Source: Candidatus Sumerlaeaceae bacterium
GTDB taxonomy: Bacteria > Sumerlaeota > Sumerlaeia > Sumerlaeales > Sumerlaeaceae
Length of the DNA: 64,000 bases
Assembly: GCA_051003195.1 (NCBI GenBank)
Contig: JBPCLP010000021.1
Coordinates: forward strand, 160,001 to 224,000
Direction: 5' to 3'
Made by a program: the position numbers and the translations under genes. The stretch's first letter is position 1, and each line of letters starts with the position of its first letter. Of the stretch, positions 1 through 8,506 are shown in pieces. Below the pieces are notes generated by a model. That model had not been told where the DNA came from and ran no database searches. It saw only the letters and a program-made list of their open reading frames with translations.

Positions 1-366
1 GCTACTTCTACAGCCTATCTCCGCCAGCACCGGAAGCCGTCCGATCTCGACATTCGGCAGCGATTTCATCCAGGGTTCCTGCAGTGCCAGCAGGCCGCGA
101 GCTTCCGCGGGCCCAATAACACGAATGGTGGTTCCGGCTATGGAATTGGTCAGCCGTGATGCGAGACCCGCTGCCTGATCTTCCGTCACGCCGGCCCGCA
201 AGACAGCATGCATCATCATGGCATCTGAGCTTCGTTGGTTGACCACGGTCTGCACACCGTTGCTGAGCCAGCCGGTCAGCAGCACGATATGGAGCAGAAC
301 GCCGACCACTACGCAATCTGTACTGAATCTCGCGATTCGCGCTGCTCTTCCCGAAGAGAGTGGCAT
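1..366 (-). CDS. N-terminal part of a membrane protein, possibly FtsX-like permease (runs off the window edge)
   Basis: Own translation from ATG 366: MPLSSGRAARIARFSTDCVVVGVLLHIVLLTGWLSNGVQ...HAVLRAGVTEDQAAGLASRL...IRVIGPAEARGLLALQEPWMKSLPNVEIGRLPVLAEI; one TM segment followed by an FtsX-like extracellular pattern; open to base 1. Confidence 0.4.
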   Translation of the reverse strand, partial: MPLSSGRAARIARFSTDCVVVGVLLHIVLLTGWLSNGVQTVVNQRSSDAMMMHAVLRAGVTEDQAAGLASRLTNSIAGTTIRVIGPAEARGLLALQEPWMKSLPNVEIGRLPVLAEIGCRSS

Positions 367-560
367 TAGCGAGAAGCCGCACTCGGAGTTCTGTGCAGTT
401 GGAGCGTTCGGTTTTCGAACGATTTAGTCAGCGCACAAAGCATGGGTCTTCAGCAAGATCAACAATCCACGATTTGAAATTGAGGCAGCGGGCCACTTAT
501 CTGCAAGCGCTGCGCCTTGCGCTTGCGAAGTGCAATCTTCACTATGAGTCATTCAGCCTA

Positions 561-1697
561 ATGAATACAGAACCTGAATATCAGCCCGAAACTTTGGCGG
601 TGCATGCCGGGCATCTTGCGACCGACAGCGTCAACCCGGTTGCGGGTCCAATCGTGCTTTCAAGTACCTACGTGCGCGACGCGAGTGGGCAACTGCCCGA
701 AGGCTACATGTACTCGCGGTTAGGCAACCCAAACCGTACCGCCCTGGAGGAGTGCCTGGCCGTGCTTGAGCGTGGCGAGGCCTGCGCGGCGTTTGCATCC
801 GGATCGGCTGCAACGATGGCTATTTTCCAGTCGCTCGCGCCGGGCGATCACGTATTGCAGGCGAGGCAAACCTATTACGGCACACTCAAAGTTGCGCGCG
901 AGATCATGGAACGCTGGAACCTGGAAGTGTCGCTGGTCGATATGACCGATATCGCAGCGGTTCGGGCCGGCTTTCGTGAAAACACAAAGCTCATGTGGAT
1001 TGAGACGCCCTCGAACCCGCTGATCACGCTGACGGACATTGCACCCGTTGCCGCAGTCGCGCGCGAGCATCAGGCCACGCTCGTGGTCGATAACACCTTT
1101 GCCACGCCGCTGCTTCAGCAGCCGATACTTCTGGGAGCCGACCTGGTGATGCATGCAACCAGCAAATACATAGCGGGGCACAGCGATGTTGTAGGCGGCG
1201 CTGTGATCGCACGAAGCGCAACTGCCGGACTGTTCCCCGCGATCCGGAAAATCCAGACAGCCGGGGGCGCAGTTCCTTCGCCCTTTGATTGCTGGCTGAC
1301 CTTGCGTGGAATTCGCACGCTTCCTGTTCGTTTGCGCGCGCAGTGCGAGAACGCGGCTCGCATAGCGCAATGGCTGGCAGGGAACAGTAAAGTACACACC
1401 GTGCATTATCCAGGGCTGAGCTCGCACCCTTGGCATGACATCGCAGTGCGACAGATGAAGCATGCCGGTGCGATGCTCTCGTTCCAGGTAACAGGCGGGG
1501 CTGAAGCCGCATTACGCATCGCGGCAAATACTCGCGTCTTCACGCGCGCCACCAGCCTGGGCGGAGTCGAGAGCCTTATCGAACACCGCGCCAGTGTTGA
1601 GCAGGGCACCAATACACCTGATGATCTGTTGCGACTTTCCGTAGGCATTGAGCATGGTGATGACCTCGTCGCCGACCTGGAGCAGGCGATGCCCTAG
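561..1697 (+). CDS. PLP-dependent trans-sulfuration enzyme (cystathionine gamma-synthase/lyase family)
   Basis: YSRLGNP, ASGSAA, ETPSNP, VDNTFATP, HATSKYIAGHSD (PLP Lys), SLGGVESLI, LRLSVGIE; ATG 561 chosen over the ORF start. Confidence 0.93.
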   Translation: MNTEPEYQPETLAVHAGHLATDSVNPVAGPIVLSSTYVRDASGQLPEGYMYSRLGNPNRTALEECLAVLERGEACAAFASGSAATMAIFQSLAPGDHVLQARQTYYGTLKVAREIMERWNLEVSLVDMTDIAAVRAGFRENTKLMWIETPSNPLITLTDIAPVAAVAREHQATLVVDNTFATPLLQQPILLGADLVMHATSKYIAGHSDVVGGAVIARSATAGLFPAIRKIQTAGGAVPSPFDCWLTLRGIRTLPVRLRAQCENAARIAQWLAGNSKVHTVHYPGLSSHPWHDIAVRQMKHAGAMLSFQVTGGAEAALRIAANTRVFTRATSLGGVESLIEHRASVEQGTNTPDDLLRLSVGIEHGDDLVADLEQAMP

Positions 1698-1791
1698 TGT
1701 GCCGAATCAGTAGTTCAGTACCAGACCAAAGAGCAGACTTGGCCTCGATTCAGCACACACAGAACAGATTACGAGCTAACGGTAGATCACC
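1698..1791 (+). mobile_element. Mini-element type A (MITE-like, 94 bp)
   Basis: TGTGCCGAATCAGTAGTTC...CGATTCAGCACAC...CTAACGGTAGATCAC; flanked by CTAG (1694-1697, includes the upstream stop codon) and CCAG (1792-1795). Confidence 0.85.
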
Positions 1792-1795
1792 CCAG

Positions 1796-1884
1796 GGTGC
1801 CGTCCCAGAAGTTCACAGCTATACTTCAGGAAGCTTTAGAGCTCGGACGCACACAAAACCAGTGAACCAATTAGGGACACCACA
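1796..1884 (+). mobile_element. Mini-element type B (89 bp), in tandem with type A
   Basis: GGTGCCGTCCCAGAAGTTC...GGGACACCACA flanked by CCAG/CCAG; close match to the reverse complement of 4584-4675. Confidence 0.85.
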
Positions 1885-1900
1885 CCAGTTTCTACGAATA

Positions 1901-2020
1901 TTATCTACGAATTCGCCGCCACAGGAGAACCACGGGATAAACCGCCCACGATCCGGCAAGCATCATGAAGTAACCGATCTTTGGGATCCAGTTGAACAGT
2001 TGCTGAAGCTTTTCGCGCAT
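1901..2020 (-). CDS. Small 39-aa putative membrane protein coupled to truA
   Basis: ATG overlaps the truA TGA (TGATG); MREKLQQLFNWIPKIGYFMMLAGSWAVYPVVLLWRRIRR*; below the ORF-track cutoff. Confidence 0.5.
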   Translation of the reverse strand: MREKLQQLFNWIPKIGYFMMLAGSWAVYPVVLLWRRIRR

Positions 2021-2808
2021 CAGTTTGAGGGCAGGTTCTCGGTTCCAGGTTCGCCCGCGTAGAGGACACGCCATAAGAACAAACCGTTCGGCTGGAGTGT
2101 CGTCGCTTCATTGCGGCGCTGTCCCGACGCAAGCATCGCGAGAACTTCATTCACCGTCAGTTTTCCGCGCGCGCACGACACCATCGTGCCAGCCAGGATG
2201 CGCACCATGTTCTGCAAAAATGACCGACATCGAAAGTCGAGCGTGATAATTCCTTCGGCGGATTGTTGAATCTCGATTGGCAAAAGATCCAGCCTGGTGC
2301 GGACGGCGGTACACGTGATTGCGCGAAATGCCTGGAAGTCGTGATTCCCGGAAAGGGCGTCCGCCGCTTCCTGCATTTGGCGCATGTCGAGCCGCCCGAT
2401 GACATGAGACAGGTACTGCGCTGCGACGGCCGGCCGCACGCTCCGGTTGCACAGGAAATACCGATACCAGCGCAGGCGCGCGGACTTCCGCGCATCAAAA
2501 TTCATTGGCATTTCCTGCGCATCGGAGATGGCGACGTCCGAGGGCAGATGGAGCAGCGTCGCGCGTTCTATCGCCCGTGGCTCCAGCGAAGTTGTGGTGT
2601 GGAAGTTCACCACCTGCCCGATTGCGTGCACGCCGGAGTCGGTTCTCCCGGCGGCGTTCACCCGTACAGCGTGCCCGAGCTGGCGTTCCAGCGCCTCCTC
2701 CAGCACCTGCTGTACTGCCAGGCCATTTTTCTGCCGCTGCCAGCCCGCATAACGGCCACCATCATATTCCACGGTCAGGCGAATGTTGCGAGAATTGCCG
2801 GTGCCCAC
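2020..2808 (-). CDS. truA: tRNA pseudouridine(38-40) synthase
   Basis: VEYDG..YAGWQRQ, AGRTDSGVHAIGQV, HDFQAF, FLQNMVRILAG, PNGLFL; GTG 2808 after AGGA. Confidence 0.95.
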   Translation of the reverse strand: MGTGNSRNIRLTVEYDGGRYAGWQRQKNGLAVQQVLEEALERQLGHAVRVNAAGRTDSGVHAIGQVVNFHTTTSLEPRAIERATLLHLPSDVAISDAQEMPMNFDARKSARLRWYRYFLCNRSVRPAVAAQYLSHVIGRLDMRQMQEAADALSGNHDFQAFRAITCTAVRTRLDLLPIEIQQSAEGIITLDFRCRSFLQNMVRILAGTMVSCARGKLTVNEVLAMLASGQRRNEATTLQPNGLFLWRVLYAGEPGTENLPSN

Positions 2809-2886
2809 TGCAATTTCCTGTTGCCGTGGGGAGCGGTCATGTGATGGTCTATGTCCCAAGTTGTATTGAGTAGAACGGTGCTGAAG

Positions 2887-3330
2887 ATGGACGATTCAAC
2901 CAAAGACGCTGACCGCATAGCCGAGGGACCTGATGTGCCGAATCAGAAGTTCCTATCCAGTTTGAGCGCGGAAGATGAGCTCAAATCGGCACACAGAACC
3001 GAATATGAATTAACGGTAGACCACACTAAGTTGCTGCCTGCGGCGCCAAAGCTGCTGCCGGTACCTTATCACGAGCCGGAGTTGGAACACGATCGGGTTG
3101 GTGAGGGTTACCGTGTGCTGCTGTTCAACGATGAAGTCCATTCCATGGTCGAGGTTGCGCTGCAACTGATGAAGGCATTGCATTGCTCGCTCGAAATCGC
3201 CGGTTCGATTATGCTGCGGGCGCACAGCAATGGCAGAACGGTGGTAACGATCACCAGCCGCCGCGACGCCGAACGGATTGCCGGGATATTGCGCGAGATT
3301 GCTCTGCTGGTCAGCGTTGACCGGCTCTAA
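2887..3330 (+). CDS. clpS: ClpS-like Clp protease adaptor with a repeat-derived N-terminal insert
   Basis: YRVLLFNDEVHSMVEVALQLMK, IMLRAHSNGRTVV; start uncertain (2851, 2887 or TTG 3031). Confidence 0.8.
   Translation: MDDSTKDADRIAEGPDVPNQKFLSSLSAEDELKSAHRTEYELTVDHTKLLPAAPKLLPVPYHEPELEHDRVGEGYRVLLFNDEVHSMVEVALQLMKALHCSLEIAGSIMLRAHSNGRTVVTITSRRDAERIAGILREIALLVSVDRL
2934..3025 (+). mobile_element. Mini-element type A (92 bp) inside the clpS reading frame
   Basis: TGTGCCGAATCAGAAGTTC...AATCGGCACACAGAAC...TAACGGTAGACCACA; flanks CTGA/CTAA. Confidence 0.85.
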
Positions 3331-3360
3331 TTCGGAATCCCGACGAACACTTCAAAACCT

Positions 3361-4569
3361 TCAGATGCATCACACGCGCTGGACGATGCTGCCAGGCAAC
3401 TGGAAGCACTGACTGCAACGGGCCTGCGCCGTCGACTGACAATTGCTGAATCGACAAGTTCGACGCATATCGTCGTCGACGGTCAGCCTCTCATCAACTT
3501 CTCGTCTAACGATTACCTGAACCTTGCCTGCGATCCGCGAGTGATCGCCGCGGCAGCCGATGCCATTGCCCGCTATGGTGCGGGTGCTCGTTCTTCGCGG
3601 CTCGTGTGCGGCAACCTGTCCGTTCACGAGGAACTGGAGACCGAACTCGCAGCTTTCAAACGCACCGAAGCCGCACTCGTATTTTCGTCGGGCTACCTTG
3701 CAAATATAGGTGTAATCCAGGCGTTGTCCCAGCGTGCAGATGGAAGCCAGGTCCCGGTTTTCTTCGACCGTTTGTCGCATGCATGCATTGTAGATGGCGC
3801 GCTGGCGACTGGCAGGAACTGGCGGACCTTTGCGCACGATGAGGCATTTCAGTTAGGTCAGCAACTGGCGCGGCTGCCCTCGCGTCTGTCACCGCGTGCG
3901 CTGGTGGTAACGGAAGGCGTCTTCTCAATGGATGGAGACATGGCCGACCTTGGCCGGCTGCTCAAGGTCTGCCAAATGTACAAATCGTTGCTCGTCGTCG
4001 ATGATGCACATGGTACGGGTACTGTCGGTCGCAATGGTCGGGGGACCGCAGCCTACTTTAAAATCACGGATAGTCCACGGATCGTACATGTCGGGACGCT
4101 CAGCAAATCACTTGGCAGCCAGGGCGGCTTTGTTGCTGCCAGTCGTAGCATTATTGACCTTCTGATCAATCGAGCGCGGACATTCATTTTCGATACCGGG
4201 CTGGCACCCGCAAGTGCCGCGGCCGCATTGCAGTCGCTCCGAATTCTGCAGCAGGAGCCAGGGCGCGTATTGACTCTTCAGAAGAACGCGCGTCTGCTCC
4301 GCGAGCAGCTTTTACAGCCCATCGTTCATACGCTGCCTGCCGGCCAGACACCTATCGTACCCGTAATCCTTGGCGAACCAGAGCACGCAGTCGACGCCTC
4401 CCGTGAATTGCTGCACAAAGGGATGTTTGTCGGTGCCATCCGTCCCCCAACAGTACCCAAAGGCACCAGCCGACTGCGAATTACCCTCAGCAGCGCACAC
4501 ACACAGGAGCAGATTAAAGCCCTGGCAGCACACGTCAGAAAAATGTGCGAAGTTCCCAGCAGGGAATAA
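3361..4569 (+). CDS. bioF: 8-amino-7-oxononanoate synthase (start codon unresolved)
   Basis: GLRRRL and INFSSNDYLNL lie in frame upstream of GTG 3541; SGYLAN, SHACIVDG, EGVFSMDGD, DDAHGTG, GTLSKSLG, IRPPTVP, RLRITL. Confidence 0.9.
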   Translation, partial: SDASHALDDAARQLEALTATGLRRRLTIAESTSSTHIVVDGQPLINFSSNDYLNLACDPRVIAAAADAIARYGAGARSSRLVCGNLSVHEELETELAAFKRTEAALVFSSGYLANIGVIQALSQRADGSQVPVFFDRLSHACIVDGALATGRNWRTFAHDEAFQLGQQLARLPSRLSPRALVVTEGVFSMDGDMADLGRLLKVCQMYKSLLVVDDAHGTGTVGRNGRGTAAYFKITDSPRIVHVGTLSKSLGSQGGFVAASRSIIDLLINRARTFIFDTGLAPASAAAALQSLRILQQEPGRVLTLQKNARLLREQLLQPIVHTLPAGQTPIVPVILGEPEHAVDASRELLHKGMFVGAIRPPTVPKGTSRLRITLSSAHTQEQIKALAAHVRKMCEVPSRE

Positions 4570-4583
4570 GGGACGCATGCTGG

Positions 4584-4675
4584 GGCGGTGTCCCATGAAT
4601 TCGTTCACTGGTTTTGTGTGCCGTCCGAGCTCGAAAGCTTCCTGAAGTATAGCTATGAACTTCTGGGACGGCACA
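4584..4675 (-). mobile_element. Mini-element type B (92 bp)
   Basis: Reverse complement of 1796-1884; flanks CTGG/CTAT; directly abuts a type A copy. Confidence 0.85.
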
Positions 4676-4679
4676 CTAT

Positions 4680-4771
4680 TGTGCCGAATCAGTAGTTCCT
4701 TACCAGACCAAAGGGCAGACTTGACCTCGATTCGGCACACAGAACGGATTACGAATTAACGGTAGACCACA
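4680..4771 (+). mobile_element. Mini-element type A (92 bp)
   Basis: TGTGCCGAATCAGTAGTTCC...CGATTCGGCACACAGAAC...TAACGGTAGACCACA; flanks CTAT/CCAG. Confidence 0.88.
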
Positions 4772-4894
4772 CCAGGTCCGGTTATACGGTGCGCAGTTCA
4801 TTGAAAACCCATGACGGTCCCGTTTCTGCTGGCAACCATCTCATTTCACTGTCGGGCTGTCGCGGATGTTTTGCAACCTGGCTGGAGGTCACAC

Positions 4895-6571
4895 GTGCCC
4901 AAGGCACCCACACACGTAATCGGAATCGACGTCGGCACCGGCAGCGCACGCGCAGGCGTGTTCGATCTCAACGGACACATGGCCGGCGTAGGTGTGAAGC
5001 TGATCCAGATATGGAAGCCGGAGCCCGACTTTGCGGAGCAGTCATCCGCGGACATCTGGCGCGCCGTCTGTGCCGCCACAAAGGCCGCACTGAAACAATC
5101 GCATATAGAGTCCACGGCCATCGCGGGCGTTGCGTACGATGCCACGTGTTCACTGGTTGCCATCGATCACAATGGCGATCCTGTGACGATGAGCCCGACT
5201 GGCGCCGACGAACAGAACATCATCATGTGGATGGACCACCGCGCCATGGCTGAAGCCGCCCGCCTGACAAAGCAGGGTCACGATGTGATCCGTTACCTGG
5301 GCGGGGTGGTGTCACCCGAGCACCAGATTCCAAAGCTAATGTGGCTGAAAAAAAATCTGCCGAAAAGCTGGGGACGGGCTACCCGGTTTTTCGATCTTCC
5401 GGATTGGCTGGCATTCCGCAGCACCGCGCGCGATGTAAGGAGCCTTTGCACAACCGTGTGCAAATGGACATATCTTGCGCATGAAAAGGACGCTGTGCGC
5501 CGGTGGCATCGCGAGTTTTTTCGTAAGAACGGCCTGCTTGAACTGCTGTCGGAAAACCGCATCGGGGCCGAAGTCGAGCCGATGGGCAACTGCTGCGGTG
5601 GGCTCACGGTGCGGGCCGCAAGGGAACTGGGGCTGGAGCCCGGTACCCCGGTGGCGGTCGGAATTATCGATGCGCACGCTGGCGGGTTGGGTGTGCTGGG
5701 CATGACACCTGAAAAGAAAAACAAAGTAAAGGCGGCAGAACGCGGTTCAAAGCGACCCGGTTTCGACGACGTACTCTGCCTCATCGGCGGCACGTCCACG
5801 TGTCACATGGTGGTCAGCCCCAAGGCGCGATTCGTGCCGGGCGTATGGGGACCCTATTTCAGTGCGATGGTTCCCGGCCTGTGGCTGAATGAAGGTGGCC
5901 AGAGCGCGACGGGCGCCCTGATGGATTACGTGATTACCACGCATGCGCGCTACGCGGACGCGCTTGCTGAAGCGAAGGCCGCAAGGCAGAGCATTTACGA
6001 ATATCTGAACGCGCAGGTTGATCGCCTTGCATCCGAAGCACGAGTGAAACATCGAGCCGAGTTGACGCGCAGTTTTCATGTGCTACCTTACTTTCATGGA
6101 AACCGTTCGCCCAACGCGGATCCGAACGCGCGCGGTGCGATCCATGGGCTGGCACTGCATGCCACCTTGGATGACCTCGCTCTCCTGTACTACGCCACAA
6201 TCCAGGCAATTGCCTACGGTACGCGCGACATCATTGAAGCGCTGAATGCAAAAGGCTACACAATCACACGGTTGCACGCTACCGGCGGCGGCACAAAGAA
6301 CCCGCTGTGGATGCAGGAGCACGCGGATGCTACGGGGTGCGACATCCTGCTTCCGCGCGAACCCGAAGCCGTGTTGCTGGGAAGCGCAATTCTGGCAGCC
6401 GTGGGTGCTGGCATTTACCCCGATATTCATGAGGCCATGCGCGCGATGAGTGCTTCGGGTGGGGCCATCCGCGCGAATTCAAAGACAGCGGCGTATCACA
6501 CCAGGAAGATGCGCATCCATCGCGAACTTTACCGCGACCAGCTGAAATATAACGAGATAACACATACTTAA
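4895..6571 (+). CDS. FGGY-family pentulose (D-ribulose-type) kinase
   Basis: GIDVGTGSARA, DATCSLV, WMDHRA, RSLCTTVCKW, IDAHAGG, GTSTCHM, EGGQSATG, FHGNRSP; GGAGG RBS before GTG 4895. Confidence 0.93.
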   Translation: MPKAPTHVIGIDVGTGSARAGVFDLNGHMAGVGVKLIQIWKPEPDFAEQSSADIWRAVCAATKAALKQSHIESTAIAGVAYDATCSLVAIDHNGDPVTMSPTGADEQNIIMWMDHRAMAEAARLTKQGHDVIRYLGGVVSPEHQIPKLMWLKKNLPKSWGRATRFFDLPDWLAFRSTARDVRSLCTTVCKWTYLAHEKDAVRRWHREFFRKNGLLELLSENRIGAEVEPMGNCCGGLTVRAARELGLEPGTPVAVGIIDAHAGGLGVLGMTPEKKNKVKAAERGSKRPGFDDVLCLIGGTSTCHMVVSPKARFVPGVWGPYFSAMVPGLWLNEGGQSATGALMDYVITTHARYADALAEAKAARQSIYEYLNAQVDRLASEARVKHRAELTRSFHVLPYFHGNRSPNADPNARGAIHGLALHATLDDLALLYYATIQAIAYGTRDIIEALNAKGYTITRLHATGGGTKNPLWMQEHADATGCDILLPREPEAVLLGSAILAAVGAGIYPDIHEAMRAMSASGGAIRANSKTAAYHTRKMRIHRELYRDQLKYNEITHT

Positions 6572-6805
6572 TTCAATCGCAGCTCATTTACGGAAAAGCC
6601 TGAATGAAACACTGAGCCGGCACTAGTTTGTCCCGTAGCACGAGAAGACCTCCGTCAAACGGAGGGAAGCAAGTTTCTGGTTCTGTCGCTTAACTGTCTG
6701 GCATTTCACGTAGCCGGTTGAGTTTCACCTCCCGGCTCAGTTTCCCCGTTTCAAAGATTCATCTTCTCCTAATTCAGGGGCATGTCCCCAATCTGGAGGC
6801 CAATC

Positions 6806-7012
6806 ATGGCTAATGGAACCGTAAAATGGTTCAACGACTCGAAGGGATTCGGGTTTATCACACAGGACAATGGTCCTGATCTGTTCGTGCATCACACGGC
6901 AATCGCAAGTGAAGGCTATCGCAGCCTGAACGAGGGCGACCGTGTAACGTTCGAAGCCGGCAGCGGCCCTCGTGGCCCGCAGGCGAGCAACGTTCGTCGC
7001 GACGCAGCATAA
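6806..7012 (+). CDS. cspA: Cold-shock protein
   Basis: [15 protein letters not shown] (RNP1), LFVHHTAI (RNP2); GGAGG RBS. Confidence 0.96.
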   Translation: MANGTVKWFNDSKGFGFITQDNGPDLFVHHTAIASEGYRSLNEGDRVTFEAGSGPRGPQASNVRRDAA

Positions 7013-7052
7013 AGTTCTGTGCTGCTAACGCGGCACATAGCCTGAAAGCATT

Positions 7053-7090
7053 CAGCGCCGGCAGGGTTCATCCCGCCGGCGCTGTTTTTA
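7053..7090 (+). terminator. Rho-independent terminator after csp
   Basis: CAGCGCCGGC...GCCGGCGCTG stem followed by TTTTT. Confidence 0.88.
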
Positions 7091-7399
7091 TATCAAGTTG
7101 GGCTATGAAAATATGGATTCTGGTGGGGACGCCTGATCAGCGCTCTCAGCGTGATTTAGATCAGGATCTTCGAGCCTTGTGCCAGGATAGTGCTGCAAGA
7201 GGTAAAAACATCCATGCGGTGGCTGCTGCAACACATTTGCCGAGTCATGCTGGCATGGTGTAATGAAGGGCCATCAGCGAACCCATGGTGAGGCAACACA
7301 ACATGCCGATCAAAATATGTAACCACCTGGGGTTCACGACACTCACCTTCTACACACTGCGAAACAGGTCTATCAATTACACGCTAGCTGCCCAGTCGA

Positions 7400-7684
7400 T
7401 TAAGCCAGCTTAAATTTGCCGTTATTACCAGCAGCGACGGGCAGTTCCTGTGGCTCTTCCTGCTGCAGGATACGAATCATGGTCAGAAGTCTGCGCAGCA
7501 TCTTTTTCTGTCTGCCGCCCGCATAGGGAATACTGCTGAAGTCTGACAGAAGTATTTCGCAGCGCTCACACGCACGTAAATCCTGCGCACGATGAAGCGC
7601 CGCAAATAAACAGTCTCGCGCCGCAATCCCGGGAATTGCATGAGCATATTCCAAAACGCTGGTCCGAGTTAAACCCATCAACAC
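7400..7684 (-). CDS. Hypothetical protein
   Basis: 94-aa ORF collinear with neighbours; no motif recognised. Confidence 0.3.
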   Translation of the reverse strand: MLMGLTRTSVLEYAHAIPGIAARDCLFAALHRAQDLRACERCEILLSDFSSIPYAGGRQKKMLRRLLTMIRILQQEEPQELPVAAGNNGKFKLA

Positions 7685-7731
7685 ACCCTCTTCTTGGTAT
7701 TAAAACTTCAAAACGATCGTGCAACGTAACT

Positions 7732-8025
7732 TCAGACCGCGGCCCTCGTCCGAACTTCAAGCCGAAGCGTGTTGATCAATTTGAGCAGATACAGCAGTTC
7801 CTGTCGGGCTTCCATGTGTTCGACACGCGGACTTGGCAGCAATTGGGTCGCAAAATGCTCTTCTTCGTCGGCCAGGGCGCGCCGGCACAACATCAAAGCG
7901 TTACGAAAATCCGACTTACGAAGCTTCTCAAGCATCCGGCCGCGCAGGCCAAACAGCTCTGTCTTTTCCGCAATCCGCATTGCTTCCGCGCGACGCCTCT
8001 CGTCAGCTACCTGGCGCATGTCCAA
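7732..8025 (-). CDS. Hypothetical helical protein
   Basis: 97-aa E/R/L-rich ORF downstream of the YkvA-like gene; no motif. Confidence 0.4.
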   Translation of the reverse strand: MDMRQVADERRRAEAMRIAEKTELFGLRGRMLEKLRKSDFRNALMLCRRALADEEEHFATQLLPSPRVEHMEARQELLYLLKLINTLRLEVRTRAAV

Positions 8026-8186
8026 TCCGATCTCCCACGCAACCCGCGTGGCAAGCCTGCCACTTTCGCGGCAGGCACTTCACCCATACCGCTGACGGGC
8101 AGAGAACGCGGTTGCGCTGGGTGCCATCGGCGGGTATTCTGCTTCTTGAAACTGAATACGCTCAGTTCAAACTAACGCATGCAACC

Positions 8187-8504
8187 CTACAAATTCGGGG
8201 ATGGTCCGGGTTCCTCGGCTGAAGAGGATTCTTGTTTAAGGCTTTCCCGGCACTCCCGCAGCAGGTGCTCGGGAATGCGTTTGCGAGCGGCGATAAACAG
8301 CGCCGGCACGATAATCAGGTCATCCAGGTGCCCGATGACAGGGATAAAATCCGGGATCAGATCGAAAGGCAACGCGAGATAACCCAGCGATGCGGCCAGC
8401 AGCCACCTGGCGTCACGAGGACAATCGGGGTGCTTCAAAACGGCCTTGTAGAGCAGGAACTGCTGTTTCAGTTCTGCCGCAGCGTTCCGGAGGCGTCCGC
8501 CCAC
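8187..8504 (-). CDS. YkvA / DUF1232 family membrane protein
   Basis: GYLALPFDLIPDFIPVIGHLDDLIIVP signature. Confidence 0.9.
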   Translation of the reverse strand: MGGRLRNAAAELKQQFLLYKAVLKHPDCPRDARWLLAASLGYLALPFDLIPDFIPVIGHLDDLIIVPALFIAARKRIPEHLLRECRESLKQESSSAEEPGPSPNL

Positions 8505-8506
8505 AG

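Noticed and set aside
1698..1884. 92-bp elements as tRNAs or integron attC sites
   Set aside because: No cloverleaf or T-loop/CCA pattern, no GTTRRRY/RYYYAAC cores, no integrase, and the flanking genes are housekeeping
6600..6805. Structured csp 5' leader as an RNA thermometer
   Set aside because: Hairpins are present, but no recognisable family consensus or transcription start can be established by eye
7105..7411. Two short plus-strand ORFs (52 and 36 aa) after the csp terminator
   Set aside because: No motif, weak RBS and no other support
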